From the human T2T-CHM13v2.0 reference genome, Homo sapiens: 64,000 bases of DNA. The stretch is from assembly GCF_009914755.1 (NCBI RefSeq), contig NC_060941.1; one strand, written 5' to 3'. Made by a program: the position numbers and the translations under genes. The notes under the pieces were generated by a model that was not told the origin of the DNA, made no database searches, and saw only the letters and a program-made list of their open reading frames with translations. Below, in pieces: positions 54,101-64,000 of the stretch. Positions within the stretch are counted from its first letter, which is position 1. Every line of letters starts with the position of its first letter.

Positions 54101-57100
54101 TTTAACTCACAGAGCTGAACATTCCTTTGGATGGAGCAGGTTTGAGACACACCTTTTGTAGAATCTACAAGTGGATATTTGGACCTCTCTGAGGATTTCG
54201 TTGGAAACGGGATAACTGCACCTAACTAAACGGAAGCATTCTCAGAAACTTCTTGGTGATGTTTGCATTCAAATCCCAGAGTTGAACCTTCCTTTGATAG
54301 TTCAGGTTTGAAACACTCTTTTTGTAGGATCTGCAAGTGGATATTTGGACCACTCTGTGGCCTTCGTTCGAAACGGGTATATCTTCGCATAAAATCTAGA
54401 CAGAAGCCTTCTCAGAAACTTCTCTGTGATGATTGCATTCAACTCACAGAGTTGAACCCTCCTATGGATAGAGCAGTGTTGAAACTCTCTTTTTGTGGAA
54501 TCTGCAAGTGGATATGTGGACCTCTCCGAAGATGTCTTTGGAAACGGGAATATCTTCACATAAAAACTAAACAGAAGCATTCTCAGAAACTTCTCTGTGA
54601 TGTTTGTGTTCAACTCCCAGAGTTTCACATTGCTTTTCATAGAGTAGTTCTGAAACATGCTTTTCGTAGTGTCTACAAGTGGACATTTGGAGCGCTTTCA
54701 GGCCTGTGGTGGAAAACGAATTATGGTCACATAAAAACTGGAGAGAAGCATTGTCAGAAACTTCTTTGTGATGATTGCATTCAACTCACAGAGTTGAAGG
54801 TTCCTTTTCAAAGAGCAGTTTCCAATCACTCTTTGTGTGGAATCTGCAAGTGGATATTTGGACCTATTTTGAAGATTTCGTTGGAAACGGGAGAATCTTC
54901 ACAGGAAAGCTAAACAGAAGCATTCTCAGAAACTTCTTTGTGATGCTTGCATTCAACTCACAGAGTTGAACTTTCCTTTCGAGAGAGAAGCTTTGAAACA
55001 CTCTTTTTCCAGAATCTGCAAGTGGACATTTGGAGGGCTTTGAGGCCTGTGGTGGAAAAGGAATTATCTTCCCGTAAAAGCTAGATAGAAGCATTCTCAG
55101 AAACTACTTTGTGATGATTGCATTCAAGTCACAGAGTTGAACATTCCCTTTGACAGAGCAGTTTGGAAACTCTCTTTGTGTAGAATCTGCAAGTGGAGAT
55201 ATGGACCGCTTTGAGGCCTATGGTAGTAAAGGAAATAGCTTCATATAAAAGCTAGACAGTAGCATTCACAGAAAACTCTTGGTGACGACTGAGTTTAACT
55301 CACAGAGCTGAACATTCCTTTGGATGGAGCAGTTTCGAAACACACTATTTGTAGAATGTGCAAGTGGATATTTAGGCCTCTCTGAGGATTTCGTTGGAAA
55401 CGGGTTAAACCGCACAGAACTAAACAGAAGCATTCTCAGAACCTTCTTCGTGATGTTTGCATTCAACTCACAGTGTTGAACCTTTCTTTGATAGTTCAGG
55501 TTTGAAACGGTCTTTCTGCAGAAACTGCAAGTAGATATTTGGACCTCTCTGAGGATTTCGTTGGAAACGGGATAACCCGCACAGAACTAAAACAGAAGCA
55601 TTCTCAGAACCCTCTTGGTGATGTTTGCATTCAACTCACAGTGCTGAACCTTTCTTTGATAGTTCAGCTTTGAAACACTCTTTTTGTAGAAAGTGCAAGT
55701 GGATATTTGGTCCTCTCTGAGGATTTCGTTGGAAACGGGATAAACTGCACAGAACTAAACAGAAGCATTCTCAGAACCTTCTTCGTGATGTCTGCATTCA
55801 ACTCACAGTGTGGAACCTTTCTTTGATAGTTCAGGTTTGAAACACTCTTTTTGTAGAAACTGCAAGGGGATAATTGCACTCTTTGAGGAGTACCGTAGTA
55901 AAGGAAATAACTTCCTATAAAAAGAAGACAGAAGCTTTCTCAGAAAATTCTTTGGGATGATTGAGTTGAACTCACAGAGCTGAGCATTCCTTGCGATGTA
56001 GCAGTTTAGAAACACACTTTCTGCAGAATCTGCAAGTGCATATTTGGACCTCTGTGAGGAATTCGTTGGAAACGGGATAATTTCAGCTGACTAAACAGAA
56101 GCAGTCTCAGAATCTTCTTTGTGATGTTTGCATTCAAATCCCCGAGTTGAACTTTCCTTTCAAAGTTCACGTTTGAAACACTCTTTTTGCAGGATCTACA
56201 AGTGGATATTTGGACCACTCTGTGTCCTTCGTTCGAAACGGGTATATCTTCACATGACATCTAGACAGAAGCATCCTCAGAAGCTTCTCTGTGATGACTG
56301 CATTCAACTCACGGAGTTGAACACTCCTTTTGAGAGCGCAGTTTTGAAACTCTCTTTCTGTGGCATCTGCAAGGGGACATGTAGACCTCTTTGAAGATTT
56401 CGTTGGAAACGGAATCATCTTCACATAAAAACTATACAGATGCATTCTCAGGAACTTTTTGGTGATGTTTGTATTCAACTCCCAGAGTTGAACTTTCCTT
56501 TGGAAAGAGCAGCTATGAAACACTCTTTTTCTAGAATCTGCAAGTGGACGTTTGGAGGGCTTTGTGGTTTGTGGTGGAAAAGGAAATATCTTCACCTAAA
56601 TACTAGATAGAAGCATTCTCAGAAACTGCTTTGTGATGATTGCATTCACCTCACAGAGTTGAACATTCCTATTGATAGAGCAGTTTGGAAACACTCTTGT
56701 TGTGGAATGTGCAAGTGGAGATTTGGAGCGCTTTGAGGCCTATGGTAGTAAAGGGAATAGCTTCATAGAAAAACTAGACAGAAGCATTCTCAGAAAATAC
56801 TTTGTGATGATTGAGTTTAACTCACAGAGCTGAACATTCCTTTGGATGGAGCAGGTTTGAGACACACCTTTTGTAGAATCTACAAGTGGATATTTGGACC
56901 TCTCTGAGGATTTCGTTGGAAACGGGATAACTGCACCTAACTAAACGGAAGCATTCTCAGAAACTTCTTGGTGATGTTTGCATTCAAATCCCAGAGTTGA
57001 ACCTTCCTTTGATAGTTCAGGTTTGAAACACTCTTTTTGTAGGATCTGCAAGTGGATATTTGGACCACTCTGTGGCCTTCGTTCGAAACGGGTATATCTT

Positions 57101-60100
57101 CGCATAAAATCTAGACAGAAGCCTTCTCAGAAACTTCTCTGTGATGATTGCATTCAACTCACAGAGTTGAACCCTCCTATGGATAGAGCAGTGTTGAAAC
57201 TCTCTTTTTGTGGAATCTGCAAGTGGATATGTGGACCTCTCCGAAGATGTCTTTGGAAACGGGAATATCTTCACATAAAAACTAAACAGAAGCATTCTCA
57301 GAAACTTCTCTGTGATGTTTGTGTTCAACTCCCAGAGTTTCACATTGCTTTTCATAGAGTAGTTCTGAAACATGCTTTTCGTAGTGTCTACAAGTGGACA
57401 TTTGGAGCGCTTTCAGGCCTGTGGTGGAAAACGAATTATGGTCACATAAAAACTGGAGAGAAGCATTGTCAGAAACTTCTTTGTGATGATTGCATTCAAC
57501 TCACAGAGTTGAAGGTTCCTTTTCAAAGAGCAGTTTCCAATCACTCTTTGTGTGGAATCTGCAAGTGGATATTCGGACCTATTTTGAAGATTTCGTTGGA
57601 AACGGGAGAATCTTCACAGGAAAGCTAAACAGAAGCATTCTCAGAAACTTCTTTGTGATGCTTGCATTCAACTCACAGAGTTGAACTTTCCTTTCGAGAG
57701 AGAAGCTTTGAAACACTCTTTTTCCAGAATCTGCAAGTGGACATTTGGAGGGCTTTGAGGCCTGTGGTGGAAAAGGAATTATCTTCCCGTAAAAGCTAGA
57801 TAGAAGCATTCTCAGAAACTACTTTGTGATGATTGCATTCAAGTCACAGAGTTGAACATTCCCTTTGACAGAGCAGTTTGGAAACTCTCTTTGTGTAGAA
57901 TCTGCAAGTGGAGATATGGACCGCTTTGAGGCCTATGGTAGTAAAGGAAATAGCTTCATATAAAAGCTAGACAGTAGCATTCACAGAAAACTCTTGGTGA
58001 CGACTGAGTTTAACTCACAGAGCTGAACATTCCTTTGGATGGAGCAGTTTCGAAACACACTATTTGTAGAATGTGCAAGTGGATATTTAGGCCTCTCTGA
58101 GGATTTCGTTGGAAACGGGATAAACCGCACAGAACTAAACAGAAGCATTCTCAGAACCTTCTTCGTGATGTTTGCATTCAACTCACAGTGTTGAACCTTT
58201 CTTTGATAGTTCAGGTTTGAAACGGTCTTTCTGTAGAAACTGCAAGTAGATATTTGGACCTCTCTGAGGATTTCGTTGGAAACGGGATAACCCGCACAGA
58301 ACTAAAACAGAAGCATTCTCAGAACCCTCTTCGTGATGTTTGCATTCAACTCACAGTGCTGAACCTTTCTTTGATAGTTCAGCTTTGAAACACTCTTTTT
58401 GTAGAAACTGCAAGTGGATATTTGGTCCTCTCTGAGCATTTCGTTGGAAACGGGATAAACTGCACAGAACTAAACAGAAGCATTCTCAGAACCTTCTTCG
58501 TGATGTCTGCATTCAACTCACAGTGTGGAACCTTTCTTTGATAGTTCAGGTTTGAAACACTCTTTTTGTAGAAACTGCAAGGGGATAATTGCACTCTTTG
58601 AGGAGTACCGTAGTAAAGGAAATAACTTCCTATAAAAAGAAGACAGAAGCTTTCTCAGAAAATTCTTTGGGATGATTGAGTTGAACTCACAGAGCTGAGC
58701 ATTCCTTGCGATGTAGCAGTTTAGAAACACACTTTCTGCAGAATCTGCAAGTGCATATTTGGACCTCTGTGAGGAATTCGTTGGAAACGGGATAATTTCA
58801 GCTGACTAAACAGAAGCAGTCTCAGAATCTTCTTTGTGATGTTTGCATTCAAATCCCCGAGTTGAACTTTCCTTTCAAAGTTCACGTTTGAAACACTCTT
58901 TTTGCAGGATCTACAAGTGGATATTTGGACCACTCTGTGTCCTTCGTTCGAAACGGGTATATCTTCACATGACATCTAGACAGAAGCATCCTCAGAAGCT
59001 TCTCTGTGATGACTGCATTCAACTCACGGAGTTGAACACTCCTTTTGAGAGCGCAGTTTTGAAACTCTCTTTCTGTGGCATCTGCAAGGGGACATGTAGA
59101 CCTCTTTGAAGATTTCGTTGGAAACGGAATCATCTTCACATAAAAACTATACAGATGCATTCTCAGGAACTTTTTGGTGATGTTTGTATTCAACTCCCAG
59201 AGTTGAACTTTCCTTTGGAAAGAGCAGCTATGAAACACTGTTTTTCTAGAATCTGCAAGTGGACGTTTGGAGGGCTTTGTGGTTTGTGGTGGAAAAGGAA
59301 ATATCTTCACCTAAATACTAGATAGAAGCATTCTCAGAAACTGCTTTGTGATGATTGCATTCACCTCACAGAGTTGAACATTCCTATTGATAGAGCAGTT
59401 TGGAAACACTCTTGTTGTGGAATGTGCAAGTGGAGATTTGGAGCGCTTTGAGGCCTATGGTAGTAAAGGGAATAGCTTCATAGAAAAACTAGACAGAAGC
59501 ATTCTCAGAAAATACTTTGTGATGATTGAGTTTAACTCACAGAGCTGAACATTCCTTTGGATGGAGCAGGTTTGAGACACACCTTTTGTAGAATCTACAA
59601 GTGGATATTTGGACCTCTCTGAGGATTTCGTTGGAAACGGGATAACTGCACCTAACTAAACGGAAGCATTCTCAGAAACTTCTTGGTGATGTTTGCATTC
59701 AAATCCCAGAGTTGAACCTTCCTTTGATAGTTCAGGTTTGAAACACTCTTTTTGTAGGATCTGCAAGTGGATATTTGGACCACTCTGTGGCCTTCGTTCG
59801 AAACGGGTATATCTTCGCATAAAATCTAGACAGAAGCCTTCTCAGAAACTTCTCTGTGATGATTGCATTCAACTCACAGAGTTGAACCCTCCTATGGATA
59901 GAGCAGTGTTGAAACTCTCTTTTTGTGGAATCTGCAAGTGGATACGTGGACCTCTCCGAAGATGTCTTTGGAAACGGGAATATCTTCACATAAAAACTAA
60001 ACAGAAGCATTCTCAGAAACTTCTCTGTGATGTTTGTGTTCAACTCCCAGAGTTTCACATTGCTTTTCATAGAGTAGTTCTGAAACATGCTTTTCGTAGT

Positions 60101-63100
60101 GTCTACAAGTGGACATTTGGAGCGCTTTCAGGCCTGTGGTGGAAAACGAATTATGGTCACATAAAAACTGGAGAGAAGCATTGTCAGAAACTTCTTTGTG
60201 ATGATTGCATTCAACTCACAGAGTTGAAGGTTCCTTTTCAAAGAGCAGTTTCCAATCACTCTTTCTGTGGAATCTGCAAGTGGATATTTGGACCTATTTT
60301 GAAGATTTCGTTGGAAACGGGAGAATCTTCACAGGAAAGCTAAACAGAAGCATTCTCAGAAACTTCTTTGTGATGCTTGCATTCAACTCACAGAGTTGAA
60401 CTTTCCTTTCGAGAGAGAAGCTTTGAAACACTCTTTTTCCAGAATCTGCAAGTGGACATTTGGAGGGCTTTGAGGCCTGTGGTGGAAAAGGAATTATCTT
60501 CCCGTAAAAGCTAGATAGAAGCATTCTCAGAAACTACTTTGTGATGATTGCATTCAAGTCACAGAGTTGAACATTCCCTTTGACAGAGCAGTTTGGAAAC
60601 TCTCTTTGTGTAGAATCTGCAAGTGGAGATATGGACCGCTTTGAGGCCTATGGTAGTAAAGGAAATAGCTTCATATAAAAGCTAGACAGTAGCATTCACA
60701 GAAAACTCTTGGTGACGACTGAGTTTAACTCACAGAGCTGAACATTCCTTTGGATGGAGCAGTTTCGAAACACACTATTTGTAGAATGTGCAAGTGGATA
60801 TTTAGGCCTCTCTGTGGATTTCGTTGGAAACGGGATAAACCGCACAGAACTAAACAGAAGCATTCTCAGAACCTTCTTCGTGATGTTTGCATTCAACTCA
60901 CAGTGTTGAACCTTTCTTTGATAGTTCAGGTTTGAAACGGTCTTTCTGTAGAAACTGCAAGTAGATATTTGGGCCGCTCTGAGGATTTCGTTGGAAACGG
61001 GATAACCCGCACAGAACTAAAACAGAAGCATTCTCAGAACCCTCTTCGTGATGTTTGCATTCAACTCACAGTGCTGAACCTTTCTTTGATAGTTCAGCTT
61101 TGAAACACTCTTTTTGTAGAAACTGCAAGTGGATATTTGGTCCTCTCTGAGGATTTCGTTGGAAACGGGATAAACTGCACAGAACTAAACAGAAGCATTC
61201 TCAGAACCTTCTTCGTGATGTCTGCATTCAACTCACAGTGTGGAACCTTTCTTTGATAGTTCAGGTTTGAAACACTCTTTTTGTAGAAACTGCAAGGGGA
61301 TAATTGCACTCTTTGAGGAGTACCGTAGTAAAGGAAATAACTTCCTATAAAAAGAAGACAGAAGCTTTCTCAGAAAATTCTTTGGGATGATTGAGTTGAA
61401 CTCACAGAGCTGAGCATTCCTTGCGATGTAGCAGTTTAGAAACACACTTTCTGCAGAATCTGCAAGTGCATATTTGGACCTCTGTGAGGAATTCGTTGGA
61501 AACGGGATAATTTCAGCTGACTAAACAGAAGCAGTCTCAGAATCTTCTTTGTGATGTTTGCATTCAAATCCCCGAGTTGAACTTTCCTTTCAAAGTTCAC
61601 GTTTGAAACACTCTTTTTGCAGGATCTACAAGTGGATATTTGGACCACTCTGTGTCCTTCGTTCGAAACGGGTATATCTTCACATGACATCTAGACAGAA
61701 GCATCCTCAGAAGCTTCTCTGTGATGACTGCATTCAACTCACGGAGTTGAACACTCCTTTTGAGAGCGCAGTTTTGAAACTCTCTTTCTGTGGCATCTGC
61801 AAGGGGACATGTAGACCTCTTTGAAGATTTCGTTGGAAACGGAATCATCTTCACATAAAAACTATACAGATGCATTCTCAGGAACTTTTTGGTGATGTTT
61901 GTATTCAACTCCCAGAGTTGAACTTTCCTTTGGAAAGAGCAGCTATGAAACACTCTTTTTCTAGAATCTGCAAGTGGACGTTTGGAGGGCTTTGTGGTTT
62001 GTGGTGGAAAAGGAAATATCTTCACCTAAATACTAGATAGAAGCATTCTCAGAAACTGCTTTGTGATGATTGCATTCACCTCACAGAGTTGAACATTCCT
62101 ATTGATAGAGCAGTTTGGAAACACTCTTGTTGTGGAATGTGCAAGTGGAGATTTGGAGCGCTTTGAGGCCTATGGTAGTAAAGGGAATAGCTTCATAGAA
62201 AAACTAGACAGAAGCATTCTCAGAAAATACTTTGTGATGATTGAGTTTAACTCACAGAGCTGAACATTCCTTTTGATGGAGCAGGTTTGAGACACACCTT
62301 TTGTAGAATCTACAAGTGGATATTTGGACCTCTCTGAGGATTTCGTTGGAAACGGGATAACTGCACCTAACTAAACGGAAGCATTCTCAGAAACTTCTTG
62401 GTGATGTTTGCATTCAAATCCCAGAGTTGAACCTTCCTTTGATAGTTCAGGTTTGAAACACTCTTTTTGTAGGATCTGCAAGTGGATATTTGGACCACTC
62501 TGTGGCCTTCGTTCGAAACGGGTATATCTTCGCATAAAATCTAGACAGAAGCCTTCTCAGAAACTTCTCTGTGATGATTGCATTCAACTCACAGAGTTGA
62601 ACCCTCCTATGGATAGAGCAGTGTTGAAACTCTCTTTTTGTGGAATCTGCAAGTGGATATGTGGACCTCTCCGAAGATGTCTTTGGAAACGGGAATATCT
62701 TCACATAAAAACTAAACAGAAGCATTCTCAGAAACTTCTCTGTGATGTTTGTGTTCAACTCCCAGAGTTTCACATTGCTTTTCATAGAGTAGTTCTGAAA
62801 CATGCTTTTCGTAGTGTCTACAAGTGGACATTTGGAGCGCTTTCAGGCCTGTGGTGGAAAACGAATTATGGTCACATAAAAACTGGAGAGAAGCATTGTC
62901 AGAAACTTCTTTGTGATGATTGCATTCAACTCACAGAGTTGAAGGTTCCTTTTCAAAGAGCAGTTTCCAATCACTCTTTGTGTGGAATCTGCAAGTGGAT
63001 ATTTGGACCTATTTTGAAGATTTCGTTGGAAACGGGAGAATCTTCACAGGAAAGCTAAACAGAAGCATTCTCAGAAACTTCTTTGTGATGCTTGCATTCA

Positions 63101-64000
63101 ACTCACAGAGTTGAACTTTCCTTTCGAGAGAGAAGCTTTGAAACACTCTTTTTCCAGAATCTGCAAGTGGACATTTGGAGGGCTTTGAGGCCTGTGGTGG
63201 AAAAGGAATTATCTTCCCGTAAAAGCTAGATAGAAGCATTCTCAGAAACTACTTTGTGATGATTGCATTCAAGTCACAGAGTTGAACATTCCCTTTGACA
63301 GAGCAGTTTGGAAACTCTCTTTGTGTAGAATCTGCAAGTGGAGATATGGACCGCTTTGAGGCCTATGGTAGTAAAGGAAATAGCTTCATATAAAAGCTAG
63401 ACAGTAGCATTCACAGAAAACTCTTGGTGACGACTGAGTTTAACTCACAGAGCTGAACATTCCTTTGGATGGAGCAGTTTCGAAACACACTATTTGTAGA
63501 ATGTGCAAGTGGATATTTAGGCCTCTCTGTGGATTTCGTTGGAAACGGGATAAACCGCACAGAACTAAACAGAAGCATTCTCAGAACCTTCTTCGTGATG
63601 TTTGCATTCAACTCACAGTGTTGAACCTTTCTTTGATAGTTCAGGTTTGAAACGGTCTTTCTGTAGAAACTGCAAGTAGATATTTGGGCCGCTCTGAGGA
63701 TTTCGTTGGAAACGGGATAACCCGCACAGAACTAAAACAGAAGCATTCTCAGAACCCTCTTCGTGATGTTTGCATTCAACTCACAGTGCTGAACCTTTCT
63801 TTGATAGTTCAGCTTTGAAACACTCTTTTTGTAGAAACTGCAAGTGGATATTTGGTCCTCTCTGAGGATTTCGTTGGAAACGGGATAAACTGCACAGAAC
63901 TAAACAGAAGCATTCTCAGAACCTTCTTCGTGATGTCTGCATTCAACTCACAGTGTGGAACCTTTCTTTGATAGTTCAGGTTTGAAACACTCTTTTTGTA

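Larger units (their letters stand above)
1..64000 (+). repeat. D17Z1: Centromeric alpha-satellite higher-order repeat array, about 23.6 tandem copies of a 2,715-bp 16-mer; most likely human chr17 D17Z1 (SF3)
   Basis: Seen: ~171-bp monomers starting with CATTCTCAGAAAC-like sequence. The ORF track recurs at exactly 2,715 bp (2687, 5402, 8117 ...) except one 2,706-bp step. One GAATTC per unit (1768-1773 and equivalents). Known: D17Z1 is a 2.7-kb EcoRI-defined 16-mer of the pentameric family. The alpha-satellite call is certain; the chromosome assignment is from recognition. Confidence 0.95.

Noticed and set aside
60750-60935. 61-aa ORF present only in copies 23-24
   Set aside because: Caused by 60815 A>T turning TGA into TGT; a by-product of a satellite variant.
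1-64000. CRISPR-like arrangement of a recurring 17-bp motif
   Set aside because: The motif is the CENP-B box, the intervening sequences are homologous monomers rather than unique spacers, and no cas genes are present.
1-64000. Mobile element insertion, inversion or hidden non-satellite island
   Set aside because: The ORF pattern keeps an exact period and the same strand throughout, leaving no room for an insertion; no poly(A) tail or target-site duplication was seen.
1-64000. A previously undescribed biological system
   Set aside because: Everything visible is explained by a well-characterised centromeric satellite. Only the fine-scale variant architecture might be unreported, and I cannot verify that without a search.

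Overview
The whole 64-kb window is one uninterrupted, single-orientation array of primate centromeric alpha-satellite DNA. About 23.6 copies of a 2,715-bp higher-order repeat (HOR) are present, each made of 16 monomers of 167-172 bp. Length, the pentamer-derived (suprachromosomal family 3, W1-W5) monomer order, a triplicated internal monomer and one EcoRI site per unit match what I know of the human chromosome 17 D17Z1 16-mer HOR; this is recognition, not a database search. Each HOR carries 8 intact and 2 degenerate CENP-B boxes. I found no genes, RNA genes, transposons, inversions or CRISPR arrays; the ORF track is only satellite read in six frames. I see no new biological system. What deserves a second look is the fine variation between copies, all read by eye: one 9-bp deletion, about 27 substitution sites clustered in the triplicated monomers, two equally frequent sub-haplotypes, and shared variants suggesting duplications at 1-, 2-, 3- and possibly 12-HOR scale plus recombination or conversion. 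Copy starts used throughout (phase = window position 1): 1, 2716, 5431, 8146, 10861, 13576, 16291, 19006, 21721, 24436, 27142, 29857, 32572, 35287, 38002, 40717, 43432, 46147, 48862, 51577, 54292, 57007, 59722, 62437 (partial). 'HOR position' means offset within a copy.
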